Shown in pieces: positions 37,986-47,364 of a stretch of DNA of 64,000 nucleotides (the stretch's first letter is position 1; each line of letters starts with the position of its first letter). The position numbers and the translations under genes were made by a program. The notes below the pieces were generated by a model. It saw nothing but the letters and a program-made list of their open reading frames with translations. It did no database searches and was not told the origin of the DNA. The stretch comes from Candidatus Zixiibacteriota bacterium (GTDB taxonomy: Bacteria; Zixibacteria; MSB-5A5; GN15; JAAZOE01): the NCBI GenBank assembly GCA_043819555.1, contig JBDREQ010000025.1, positions 96,001 to 160,000 on the forward strand, in the 5' to 3' direction.

Positions 37986-38806
37986 TGTTTATTCATCGCC
38001 GCAGATCAGATATTCCCCAGGATAATCCCGATCGCTGGTTGCTCACTTATGCCGATCTTATAACCCTGCTTCTGGCCTTCTTTATCGTTATGTATTCCAT
38101 GTCGCGCATCGATGCCAAGAAGTTTGGAAAAGTTTCGCAAGCCTTGCATGGTATTTTAACGGGAGGGCCATCGATTTTATTATCTCCCGAAGTTAATAAT
38201 TCCTTTACCGGACATGGTCTTCTCAAAGTCGGCAGTTTGAAAATGCTGCAGACCAAAATAAATGGCGAACTGATTAAGTCAGGACGAGTCGGAGATATTG
38301 TCACTGAGATTGATGAACGGGGCCTGACAATTCATATTATGGAATACGTCATGTTTGATGAAGCCGAAGCTGTGCTCAAACCGCGTGCGCAGGCACTGTT
38401 GGATTTTGTTGCGGCCGATATTCTGGAAATGCCCAATCATGTCAGGGTGGAGGGGCACACCGATAACAGCCCCATTCAGACTCCATCATTTCCATCCAAT
38501 TGGGAATTATCTACTGCGCGCGCCACACAGGTTGTCAGATATCTAATTGATAAGCATGGCTATCCGGCTGAAAAAATTTCGGCGGCAGGTTTTGCCTCAT
38601 ATCATCCTTTTTTGCCAAATACTACTCTTGAAAATAAAGCAAAAAATCGCAGAGTTGACATCGTCGTACAAACAATGGAGTTATCTATTGCTGAATCTCC
38701 ATCAAAGCTTGAACAGTTTACCAAAGATCAATTGAAGGCCATGAGCGAAATATCAACGGAAATAGATTCCTCACAGGACTGGAATAATTTTCCAGATAAT
38801 CAGTAA
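37985..38806 (+). CDS. motB: Flagellar stator protein MotB
   Basis: WLLTYADLITLLLAFFIV, VEGHTD, NWELSTARA, NRRVDI. Confidence 0.95.
   Translation: MFIHRRRSDIPQDNPDRWLLTYADLITLLLAFFIVMYSMSRIDAKKFGKVSQALHGILTGGPSILLSPEVNNSFTGHGLLKVGSLKMLQTKINGELIKSGRVGDIVTEIDERGLTIHIMEYVMFDEAEAVLKPRAQALLDFVAADILEMPNHVRVEGHTDNSPIQTPSFPSNWELSTARATQVVRYLIDKHGYPAEKISAAGFASYHPFLPNTTLENKAKNRRVDIVVQTMELSIAESPSKLEQFTKDQLKAMSEISTEIDSSQDWNNFPDNQ
38758..38793. promoter_or_regulatory. Paired GGAA-N5-TTCC putative enhancer for the flgB sigma54 promoter
   Basis: GGAAatagaTTCC (38758) and GGAAtaattTTCC (38781), 23 bp apart. Confidence 0.6.
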
Positions 38807-38882
38807 ATCATTCTAATACAAAAATTCTCCATAAAGCCATAACTTCTTATTCGTCAACAAGATGTTGTTTGAGTTTTTGCTT

Positions 38883-38898
38883 TGGCATTAGCCTTGCT
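38883..38898 (+). promoter_or_regulatory. Sigma54 (-24/-12) promoter of the flgB operon
   Basis: TGGCAT-tagcc-TTGCT. Confidence 0.85.
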
Positions 38899-38920
38899 TT
38901 TCGGTTTGTCGGAGATAACT

Positions 38921-39334
38921 ATGGCTGATTTTGTAAAAGTGGCAATATGGCAAAAAACCGGAGTGGATAAGCTCGGTAAATTTCTCGATATGGCGGCTCA
39001 ACGGCATAAGTTGATTGCTGCCAATCTTGCCAATACGACCACTCCCGGATATGCAGCCAAAGACATTGATTTTAAGGCCGAAATGAGCAAAGCCCTCGGG
39101 AATGGTCCGGTTTTGGCAATGAAATCAACAAATCCGGGACATATTTCCAATTCGGGTCCAGACAGCGAAGTTAAAATTTTGAAGCATGGTCCGGAATCCG
39201 ATGATGATTTGAACGGCGTCGATGTTGATCGCGAAGTCACCAATCTGGCGGTCAATCAAATGCGTTATTCAATCGGTTCCAAGATATTGCAGGGGAAAGT
39301 CCAGTTTTTAAAGAAAGCCATTAGAGGCAGTTAA
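38921..39334 (+). CDS. flgB: Flagellar basal-body rod protein FlgB
   Basis: IAANLANTTTPGY.AKDIDF, NGVDVDRE; GGAG RBS before ATG 38921. Confidence 0.95.
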   Translation: MADFVKVAIWQKTGVDKLGKFLDMAAQRHKLIAANLANTTTPGYAAKDIDFKAEMSKALGNGPVLAMKSTNPGHISNSGPDSEVKILKHGPESDDDLNGVDVDREVTNLAVNQMRYSIGSKILQGKVQFLKKAIRGS

Positions 39335-39348
39335 TAAAGGATTCGAAG

Positions 39349-39843
39349 ATGGATGGTATATTTTCAGCAATAGAAATCTCTGGGAAAGGGATGTCGGTAC
39401 AGCGGCGCAAGATGAATGTCGTTTCCGAAAATATCGCTAATGCCGAAACAACTCGGACCGAAAACGGCGGGCCGTATCGACGCAAAAGATTGGAAATTAC
39501 CGCCGAGTCGGAAAAGATACCATTCAAGACAATCTTACAAAAAAGTCAAAATAGCCTGATACGAACCCACAGTTCTCATATTGAGGCGCCTGCCATTACC
39601 AGCAAGTTTTATGGCAATGTTGAAGTAGCCAATGGCAAAGAAGTGAGCGAAGGACAGGATTCCTTTAAGTTGGTTTATGATCCCGGACATCCTGATGCGG
39701 ATGAAGAAGGTTATGTCAGAATGCCTGATATTGAAATTATAAATGAGATGGTCGATATGATCGCGGCCAATCGTTCTTACGAGGCCAATGCGATGGCCGT
39801 ATCGGCGTCAAAAGAGATGGCCAAAAATGCGTTGGATATTTAA
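39349..39843 (+). CDS. flgC: Flagellar basal-body rod protein FlgC
   Basis: NIANAETTRT..GGPYRRK, YDPGHPDA, EMVDMIAANRSYEAN. Confidence 0.97.
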   Translation: MDGIFSAIEISGKGMSVQRRKMNVVSENIANAETTRTENGGPYRRKRLEITAESEKIPFKTILQKSQNSLIRTHSSHIEAPAITSKFYGNVEVANGKEVSEGQDSFKLVYDPGHPDADEEGYVRMPDIEIINEMVDMIAANRSYEANAMAVSASKEMAKNALDI

Positions 39844-39873
39844 GGTTACGCATAGTGGAGAGGATAACAGATA

Positions 39874-40212
39874 GTGGAGATTAATACTAACCCGATTGAA
39901 GCTTATCGCCAGGCTGGGGGCCAACCAGCAAAAAAAAACCAGGTCGGTTCACGGGATAAGTTTGATTTACAAAAGGCTCAGGAAACCGAAAAGATTATTC
40001 TTACCGGCCAGACAACCGGAGAAACCGGGGCGATTCATGTTGGAGGTTCGTCTTCAATTCTCAGTAATATTTTGACCGCCGATGAAAACGAGGCGTTGAC
40101 AATTAGTTTTGCCCGATTTGGGGATTCAGTTGAATCTACTCAAATATACGGACGCAACGCTCGCACACAGGGAAGCGGCATCACCGGTCAGAAAGTGGAT
40201 TTAACGGGATGA
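39874..40212 (+). CDS. Hypothetical protein in flagellar operon
   Basis: GTG start after AGGA RBS; overlaps fliE start by 4 nt; C-terminal GQKVDLTG. Confidence 0.75.
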   Translation: MEINTNPIEAYRQAGGQPAKKNQVGSRDKFDLQKAQETEKIILTGQTTGETGAIHVGGSSSILSNILTADENEALTISFARFGDSVESTQIYGRNARTQGSGITGQKVDLTG

Positions 40213-40511
40213 GCAAGATAAGTCTGATTACACGGCCGATTCTTCCGGAATTTCCCGGTAAAGATCAAATTAAAGTAAATAAGCCTGATGGAGAAGGTTT
40301 TGGCGATTTTCTATCCAAAGCCATTCACAGTGTCAACGACATGCAATTGGAAGCCGGAGAAGCCCAGGATAAATTGATCCGGGGAGAGGCGGCTGAGTTG
40401 CATCAGGTTATGATTGCCGCGGAGAAGGCGGGAATCTCATTTGATCTTTTATTGGAAATCAGGAAGAAGCTGTTAGATGCTTATCAGGAAATTATGCGAA
40501 TGCCAATGTAA
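40209..40511 (+). CDS. fliE: Flagellar hook-basal body protein FliE
   Basis: LHQVMIAAEKA...EIRKKLLDAYQEIMRM. Confidence 0.96.
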   Translation: MSKISLITRPILPEFPGKDQIKVNKPDGEGFGDFLSKAIHSVNDMQLEAGEAQDKLIRGEAAELHQVMIAAEKAGISFDLLLEIRKKLLDAYQEIMRMPM

Positions 40512-40550
40512 GCATACGGCGCCTGATATTCATTTCAAATAGGATTTGAT

Positions 40551-42131
40551 ATGGAATATCTTAAACAAGTTATTGGACGCCTGGCCGATATCGTTAAACA
40601 AATGACCTTGAGCCAGGTCGTAATGCTCGTGGCGATTGTCGTGGGTTTCATCTTTGGTATTGTTGCCATTGCCGGATGGATCGGTTCGGTAACATATCAA
40701 CCATTATATACCAATCTTGAGGCGGCCGAGGCCGCCGAAATCACCGGCTATCTGGCTGAAAATGGCATTTCGTATAATATTACCGCCGGCGGAACAGCGA
40801 TTGAAGTTCCCGAGTCAGATTTATATGAAGCGCGATTATCGCTGGCCTCGCAGGGATTACCCAACACCGGAAATGTCGGCTACTCAATCTTTGATGAATC
40901 CAATCTGGGGATGACCGAATTTTTGCAGCAATTGAATTTTCGGCGCGCTCTTGAGGGTGAATTGGCAAAAACCATATCATCATTGCGCGAGGTTCAGACG
41001 GCGAGGGTGCATATTGTTATCCCGGAAGATAAATTATTTTCCGAACAGCAAAAGGAAGCGACGGCATCGGTTGTTTTGAAATTGAGACATTCGAACGGGC
41101 TTGGTAAAAAACAGATCAGCGGAATTACTCATCTGATTGCCGCTTCGGTTGAAGGTCTTAAACCCAACAATATTACAATTATTGATTATGACGGCAATAT
41201 GATTTCATCGGGAACCGGCGACAATGAAGTGGCAGCAATGACTTCTAATCAGCTGGAAATAACCCGATCAGTTGAAAATGATCTGGAGCGCAAGGCGCAA
41301 ACAATGCTTGACGGCGTTATGGGCCCCGGAAAAGCAATTGTCCGCGTCACGGCTGAATTGAATTTTCAACAATATGCGCGAACTTCGGAAAACTATGATC
41401 CTAATCTGGTGGCGGTGCGGTCGGAACAAAAAACAGAAAATGCCGGAAAGGCAACTCAAAAAGCGGCTGAGGACGCGGAGAATAATGAAGAAAATAATTC
41501 CGAAGTCACGGTAACCAATTATGAAGTTTCCAAAACAATTGAATCGGTCAGTAATGCCGTGGGAAATATTAGCCGCCTGTCAATTGCTGTTCTGCTTGAT
41601 GGAACTTATCAGACCATTGAAAACGCCAAAGGCGTTGAGGAAATAATCTATGAGCCGCGCACGCAGGAAGAGATTGACCGTTTGTCAGCCATCGTTAAAA
41701 ACGCGGTCGGTTTCACATCGGAAAGAAATGACCAGATTGAGATTGTCAATATTGCCTTTGATAAGACATACATGACCGAGCAACAAAAATCGCTCGACGA
41801 ACAATACACTCGTGAGTTTTACTATGATATTGGCAAAAAAATACTTCTGCTTCTGGCTGCCATATTAGCGCTCTTTTATCTTCGCAAGAAAATTAAAAAA
41901 CTTTTTGAAAGCATCGGGAAAATAATGCCCTCCACTCCGGTCCGATATAAAGAATCAAAACCCAACCCCTTGTCAGGCGGTGCGAAAATGGAAGAAGAGC
42001 CAATGGAAATTGAGGAAATAAAAATGGGAAAACGGCAACCCAGGCTCATCGATAAAATGCAAAGAGTGGCCAGAAATGAACCCGATGAGATTGCCAAAGT
42101 TATTAAAACTCTAATGGTTGATGTGGATTAG
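40551..42131 (+). CDS. fliF: Flagellar M-ring protein FliF
   Basis: YQPLY, GMTEF, RALEGELAKTI, ARVHIV, ASVEGL, RLSIAVLLDG. Confidence 0.96.
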   Translation: MEYLKQVIGRLADIVKQMTLSQVVMLVAIVVGFIFGIVAIAGWIGSVTYQPLYTNLEAAEAAEITGYLAENGISYNITAGGTAIEVPESDLYEARLSLASQGLPNTGNVGYSIFDESNLGMTEFLQQLNFRRALEGELAKTISSLREVQTARVHIVIPEDKLFSEQQKEATASVVLKLRHSNGLGKKQISGITHLIAASVEGLKPNNITIIDYDGNMISSGTGDNEVAAMTSNQLEITRSVENDLERKAQTMLDGVMGPGKAIVRVTAELNFQQYARTSENYDPNLVAVRSEQKTENAGKATQKAAEDAENNEENNSEVTVTNYEVSKTIESVSNAVGNISRLSIAVLLDGTYQTIENAKGVEEIIYEPRTQEEIDRLSAIVKNAVGFTSERNDQIEIVNIAFDKTYMTEQQKSLDEQYTREFYYDIGKKILLLLAAILALFYLRKKIKKLFESIGKIMPSTPVRYKESKPNPLSGGAKMEEEPMEIEEIKMGKRQPRLIDKMQRVARNEPDEIAKVIKTLMVDVD

Positions 42132-42138
42132 GTGAGAT

Positions 42139-43152
42139 ATGCCCAATTATGATGAATTAACAGCGACTCAGAAAGCCGCCATCGCTCTCGTGGCTTTTGG
42201 GACAGAAGTATCTTCTTTGGTCCTGAAATCACTAAGCGAGCAGGACCTTGAAAAAATAACCATCGAAATAGCCAATCTTCGCGAAGTTCCTCCTGAAGTG
42301 GAAGAGCAGGTCTTGAAAGAATGTCATGAAATTTTTATGGCTCGCCAGTATATATCTCAAGGCGGTATTGACTTTGCCAAAGATATACTGGAAAAAGCCG
42401 TTGGCGGGCGGCGGGCTCTTGAAATTCTCAATCGCCTGGAATCTTCTTTGAGAACATCAGGTTTTAACCTGTTGAAAAATATTGATCCACAGCAATTGGT
42501 GAATTTTATCCGTAATGAACACCCCCAGACGATTTCATTAATATTGACCCAATTGATCCCGCAGCAGGCTGCGGCGGTACTGTCCGAATTACCCCCCGAA
42601 TTGCAGGCAGAAGTGGCTCTGCGCGTCGCCAATATGGAAAAGATTTCTCCCGGAGTCCTGAAAGAAGTGGAATTGACATTGCAGGGTCAATTCGCCGATA
42701 GCGCCAGTCGTGATTTATCGGTTTCCGGAGGCGCCAAGACAATTGCTGAAATACTAAACCTGATTGAAACTACTTCCGAAAAAAATATACTTTACGCAAT
42801 TGAAGCTGAAGATCCCGATCTGGCGGCAGAAATTAAAAACATGATGTTTATCTTTGATGATATTGTACTCCTTGATGATCGCGGCATACAGAGGCTCCTA
42901 AAAGAAGTGGAGACCAAAGATCTGGCCATTTCTCTAAAGGCGGCTTCCGAAGAGGTAAGAAACAAAATCTTTTCCAATGTATCGGAGCGTGTGGCAGTCT
43001 TGATCAGGGAAGAAATGGAATTTATGGGTCCAATGCGATTAACTGATGTGGAAACGGCACAACAGAGAATTGTGGAATCAGTTCGTCGTCTCGAAGAAGA
43101 AGGTCAACTGGTTATCGCCGGTCGCAGCGGAAAGGAAGATATCATTGTCTAA
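42139..43152 (+). CDS. fliG: Flagellar motor switch protein FliG
   Basis: QKAAI, GGIDFA, EHPQTI, MFIFDD, MGPMRLTDVETAQ. Confidence 0.97.
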   Translation: MPNYDELTATQKAAIALVAFGTEVSSLVLKSLSEQDLEKITIEIANLREVPPEVEEQVLKECHEIFMARQYISQGGIDFAKDILEKAVGGRRALEILNRLESSLRTSGFNLLKNIDPQQLVNFIRNEHPQTISLILTQLIPQQAAAVLSELPPELQAEVALRVANMEKISPGVLKEVELTLQGQFADSASRDLSVSGGAKTIAEILNLIETTSEKNILYAIEAEDPDLAAEIKNMMFIFDDIVLLDDRGIQRLLKEVETKDLAISLKAASEEVRNKIFSNVSERVAVLIREEMEFMGPMRLTDVETAQQRIVESVRRLEEEGQLVIAGRSGKEDIIV

Positions 43153-43861
43153 AGTATTGTCTCTCCCATTGGCCAATGACAAGGTTCTTATCGGAGAATA
43201 CTCAATTGATTACGAGGCTGAGCGAAAGGCCGAATCGTTGCTTCAGACAGAATATCCGGGTTTGATGGTTCTCACATCACCCGAGGGGAAAAAACAAATT
43301 CCTTTGCAGGATCTAATCCAGCTTCATAATAAATTCAGTCAAGAGATAAAAGAGGCTTATAATAAAGGTTATGAAGAGGGAAAACAATCAGGTTATGAAG
43401 ATGGTTTAAATGAGGGATTGGAGGAGGCGCGGCAAGTTGTTGATTCGTTAAGCGGGGCGTTATCCGATATAATCAATCAGCGCCATCAGCTTTTGACTGA
43501 ATCAAAAAACAAAATCCTCGACTTGGTTTTGAAAATATCCAGGAAATTAACATTTTCCGCTGCGGAGTTTAATTCGCAGATTACTAAGTCTATCATTACC
43601 GGGTCGATTGAGCAATTAATCGATAAAAGGAACATCAAGGTTAAAGTTCATCCCGGTCATCTGGCCGAACTGGAACAGTACATTGACAAATTTATGGGCA
43701 GCAATGCTGCCATAAAGGAGTTTAATATTGAGCCTGATCCGCGCATCAGGGTTGGCGGTTGTTTTATTGAAACTCCATCCGGCGATATCGATGCCCGGCT
43801 CGAATCGATGTACGAAGTCATTAAACAGGCCTTACTTGACGGCGAGGATTCTCCGGAGTGA
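43145..43861 (+). CDS. fliH: Flagellar assembly protein FliH
   Basis: GxxxG repeats (AYNKGYEEGKQSGYEDG), KVHP, GGCFIET..GDIDARLE; probable TTG start at 43145. Confidence 0.88.
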   Translation: MSKVLSLPLANDKVLIGEYSIDYEAERKAESLLQTEYPGLMVLTSPEGKKQIPLQDLIQLHNKFSQEIKEAYNKGYEEGKQSGYEDGLNEGLEEARQVVDSLSGALSDIINQRHQLLTESKNKILDLVLKISRKLTFSAAEFNSQITKSIITGSIEQLIDKRNIKVKVHPGHLAELEQYIDKFMGSNAAIKEFNIEPDPRIRVGGCFIETPSGDIDARLESMYEVIKQALLDGEDSPE

Positions 43862-45207
43862 AAATAGAATACGACTATTACGGCGGCAAGATTGATTCTT
43901 TGCGATTGATAAAGCAATATGGAACTGTCAGCCGTGTCAGCGGATTGGTGATTGAATCGAAGGGCCCGGCGGTTCAGGTTGGATCTTTATGCCGCATTGA
44001 ATCAGCCGATTTGGAGATTTCCGTCCCGGCCGAAGTAGTCGGATTTAAAGATCATACAATTTTTCTTATGCCCCTGGGAAGTATCCAGGGCATTACTCCC
44101 GGCTCCATCGTGACAAGTACCGGCGAACAATTGCATGTGCCGGTCGGCGATCAACTTTTAGGCCGCGTAATAGATGGTTTGGGTAATCCCCTGGACGAAA
44201 AGGGGCCGGTTATAAGTTCGCATAACAGGTTATTGTATTCACAACCCCCAGCCAGCTTGAAAAGGGCACGCATAACAGAACCTCTTTATACTGGAATCAA
44301 AGCTATAGACACTATGATCACATGCGGCAAAGGCCAGCGATTGGGCATATTCTCCGGTTCCGGTGTCGGCAAATCGGTCATGATGGGTATGATTGCGCGC
44401 GGTACCAGCGCCGATGTTACCGTAATTGGCCTGGTGGGGGAGAGAAGCCGAGAGGTGAAAGAATTTATTGAAAACGATCTTGGCCCGGAAGGATTGGCTC
44501 GAACGGTCGTTGTGGCGGTTACATCAGATGAACCGGCCTTAATACGTCTCAAGGGAATATTGACGGCAACGACAATTGCCGAGTATTTCAGGGATCAGGG
44601 CAAAGATGTTATGCTTCTGGTTGACTCGTTGACCCGAGTCGCGATGGCGCAGAGAGAAATCGGATTATCAATTGGAGAGCCTCCCGCGACAAAAGGCTAC
44701 CCGCCTTCGGTATTTGCGCTGCTGCCCAAAATTCTGGAGCGATCCGGTTCGGGCATTCGTGGTTCAATTACCGGTTTGTATACCGTGCTGGTAGAGGGAG
44801 ATGATTTCAATGAACCGATTTCCGATGCGGTCAGATCAGTTATTGACGGCCATATTGTCCTGTCGAGACGACTGGCATCTCGCAATCATTATCCGGCCAT
44901 TGATGTCCTGGATTCGGTGAGCCGCCTGATGCCGCAAGTGGCGAATGAAAATCATAAAAAATCGGCGGGACAAATCAAAGAACTTCTGGCAACCTATCGC
45001 GATGCAGAAGACCTGATAAACATCGGAGCCTATGTCAAAGGCTCCTCCAATAAGATTGACGACTCCATTTTCTGTAATGACAGGATAAATGAATTCATGA
45101 AACAGGGGATATATGAACAGGCTGATCCTCTCGAAGCAATTGCGGCTCTGCCATCCCTGATTGAAATACCTGATAATGAAAGAGAAAAAACCGTTGAAAA
45201 AATTTAA
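43858..45207 (+). CDS. fliI: Flagellum-specific ATPase FliI
   Basis: GSGVGKS, GERSREV, DSLTRVAMAQREIG, DGHIVLSR, HYPAIDV. Confidence 0.96.
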   Translation: MKIEYDYYGGKIDSLRLIKQYGTVSRVSGLVIESKGPAVQVGSLCRIESADLEISVPAEVVGFKDHTIFLMPLGSIQGITPGSIVTSTGEQLHVPVGDQLLGRVIDGLGNPLDEKGPVISSHNRLLYSQPPASLKRARITEPLYTGIKAIDTMITCGKGQRLGIFSGSGVGKSVMMGMIARGTSADVTVIGLVGERSREVKEFIENDLGPEGLARTVVVAVTSDEPALIRLKGILTATTIAEYFRDQGKDVMLLVDSLTRVAMAQREIGLSIGEPPATKGYPPSVFALLPKILERSGSGIRGSITGLYTVLVEGDDFNEPISDAVRSVIDGHIVLSRRLASRNHYPAIDVLDSVSRLMPQVANENHKKSAGQIKELLATYRDAEDLINIGAYVKGSSNKIDDSIFCNDRINEFMKQGIYEQADPLEAIAALPSLIEIPDNEREKTVEKI

Positions 45208-45637
45208 TTACAGATTTGAAAAAGTTCTTTCATTCAAGAAACACCTCGAAAAGCAAAAACAGCGAGAGTTGGCCGAGGCGATCGCTTTTGAACAAAAACA
45301 AAAGCAGGAAATTCTGGCGGTTCTGGACGATAGATCAAATCATCAACTACAGGAAAAGAAATTTCTCACTGGAAAAATCGATGGCAATCTTTTGACGCGA
45401 TACTCCAGATATTATATGAAATTAAAACAAATGGAAATTAACGGCCGTGAATTGCTGGCAAATATCAAAGAAGAAGTAGGGAAGAGGCATGAAAAGTTGG
45501 TGGGAGCCACAAAGCAAAGAAAAATATATGAAAAATTGAAAGAGCGCCACCTTGACAGGCATACAAACGAATTGAAGTTGCTACTGCAAAAAGAAAATGA
45601 TGAAATCGGGCAGACGATGTTTTTTAGAAATAAATAA
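45194..45637 (+). CDS. fliJ: Flagellar export protein FliJ
   Basis: KKFNYRFEKVL...YEKLKE...QKENDE; follows fliI; probable TTG start at 45194. Confidence 0.88.
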   Translation: MKKFNYRFEKVLSFKKHLEKQKQRELAEAIAFEQKQKQEILAVLDDRSNHQLQEKKFLTGKIDGNLLTRYSRYYMKLKQMEINGRELLANIKEEVGKRHEKLVGATKQRKIYEKLKERHLDRHTNELKLLLQKENDEIGQTMFFRNK

Positions 45638-45650
45638 TCCTCTCTACAAT

Positions 45651-45686
45651 AAAAAAAGCCCTCTGGTTTTGCCGGGGGGCTTTTTT
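45651..45686. terminator. Bidirectional intrinsic terminator
   Basis: A7-GCCCTCTGG-ttttg-CCGGGGGGC-T6 between convergent genes. Confidence 0.85.
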
Positions 45687-45687
45687 G

Positions 45688-46962
45688 TTATTTTATCATT
45701 ACCATTTTTCGTATCAGAGTTTTGTCATTCGTTTTAAGCCGGTAAAAATAAATTCCGGATGAAAGGCTGTGCCCCTGTTCATTTTTTCCGTCAAAGGTAA
45801 TTTCCTTTTCTCCCGCCGGCATTATCCCGGAATGCAAAGTTTTTATCCGCTGCCCAAGTACATTGAAAACCTCAAGGCTGACCATTAATTGTTCAGGCAA
45901 TCCAAATTGAATAGTGGTAGTCGGGTTAAACGGATTAGGGTAATTTTGAGATAAATATAAAGTACCGGGCAGGGCCTTAGCGGATTTGTCATCAGCATCT
46001 GTTGTCATATCGATAAGGATTGAACCTGTGCCTAAGGCAGGATAGGCTTTGACATAATCATAAATTGGACCAAGCTGAGTCAACATTTCTGCGCCAGGCG
46101 TCATTGTGGTATCAAGAACGACAAACGGAGTCGTGCCGGTGGTGACGCTTGAAAAATATATTTTTGCCAGCGGACCGATACCGGGGGGGAGAAGTTGAGT
46201 GCTATAGAAGTCCAGACTCAACATTGCCTGCTTGAGATTATTATCAATGATAATATTAGCGTTGGCGGCATTTTGTGACCGCGTTTCGACAATCGATATT
46301 GAATCGATAAAAAGATTATCCGATGGATAAGCAAACGGCAATACGATTTTGCTAAGATCAATCTCAGTTAATCCATATATAATAACTTCAAAATCATCGC
46401 CGGCTTTTGTTTCCACATTATCAAACCAAATGGAATCATTGAGAGCCGGGGCAAAGGCGTTACTAATGTAACCCCTGTTGAAATTGGGAGTAAACCATTC
46501 ATTAGTCGATAAAACAAAAGTCAATTCGGTATTAACGGTCGTGGTGTCAAAATAAATCATCCGCTGAGGATAACCATTTGGTACGGTGACGAAAATTCTG
46601 GCAAGAAGTCCTCGCCCGGGATCAATAAAAGAATCATCCTGAGTAAGTTCAAGGGCGCCGATATGAATTCGGGCCAGTGATGGATCAATAATACCAAGAG
46701 TTGTTAATCTGCCTTCTGTCCTGCTTCCTGCGAAAGAAACCGAATCAACGATTAAATCGGGATAGAAATAGACGAGTGGCGCGTCTATCCCAGTTATATT
46801 TTCAGCATTCGAAAAATAAACCCCCAAAATGGCCTTTTGTCCGGAATGGGTCGAAATCGTATCAATCCAGAGAGTATCGGTGTCACTGATTGGATTGACT
46901 GCCCAAACAGGCGAAACCAAAATGATAAGTATTGCTGAAATGAATATCGTACTCTTTAACAT
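45688..46962 (-). CDS. Secreted protein with two cohesin-like domains and a T9SS/FlgD-type C-terminal domain
   Basis: Signal peptide; two repeats (DSVSFAGSR...GRGLLARIF and DSISIVETR...GIGPLAKIYF); LSQNYPNPFNPTT...SGIYFYRL...RKMVMIK. Confidence 0.8.
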   Translation of the reverse strand: MLKSTIFISAILIILVSPVWAVNPISDTDTLWIDTISTHSGQKAILGVYFSNAENITGIDAPLVYFYPDLIVDSVSFAGSRTEGRLTTLGIIDPSLARIHIGALELTQDDSFIDPGRGLLARIFVTVPNGYPQRMIYFDTTTVNTELTFVLSTNEWFTPNFNRGYISNAFAPALNDSIWFDNVETKAGDDFEVIIYGLTEIDLSKIVLPFAYPSDNLFIDSISIVETRSQNAANANIIIDNNLKQAMLSLDFYSTQLLPPGIGPLAKIYFSSVTTGTTPFVVLDTTMTPGAEMLTQLGPIYDYVKAYPALGTGSILIDMTTDADDKSAKALPGTLYLSQNYPNPFNPTTTIQFGLPEQLMVSLEVFNVLGQRIKTLHSGIMPAGEKEITFDGKNEQGHSLSSGIYFYRLKTNDKTLIRKMVMIK

Positions 46963-47193
46963 ATTTCTGCCAGTATCATATACTTATATGGCCTTTACAG
47001 CAAAAATTATGCACTAATTACCGACTAAGAAGGCTCCCATCCAAATATTGCGGTAGATAAATGTAATTAAGCCGACATTAAGGAGTTAGGCCCGATTACA
47101 TGAATATAATAGATTTTTGGCAGGTTCCAAATAAATATTGCATACCTCAATTTATGATTTTTGCGCAGGGTTTTGCGTAAAAAAAGAACCCAT

Positions 47194-47229
47194 GGAAAAA
47201 TCTTCAGGTCATCTCTGGAGCTTTTTTCC
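47194..47229. promoter_or_regulatory. Paired GGAA-N5-TTCC-like putative enhancer for the flgF sigma54 promoter
   Basis: GGAAaaatcTTCA (47194) and GGAGcttttTTCC (47217), 23 bp apart. Confidence 0.55.
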
Positions 47230-47324
47230 GAAAATCCACTTTTACAAAGCCCACTCATTTTTAGGCATTATCGCAACTCACAGTATAATATGGATTTAGA
47301 CGCATCGTTTGGTTTAGCCTTTTG

Positions 47325-47340
47325 TGGCATACTCCTTGCC
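47325..47340 (+). promoter_or_regulatory. Sigma54 (-24/-12) promoter of the flgF operon
   Basis: TGGCAT-actcc-TTGCC. Confidence 0.82.
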
Positions 47341-47364
47341 TATGATGGAAATGGAGGAATATCT

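Noticed and set aside
39930..39938. A9 tract as a phase-variation switch (also A9 and A8 in 54556-54726)
   Set aside because: A-runs of this length are expected from Lys codons in this genome, and the frames are intact
47161..47364. 68-codon N-terminal extension of flgF; likewise 38882-38920 of flgB
   Set aside because: These spans contain the sigma54 promoters and RBSs, so they are non-coding
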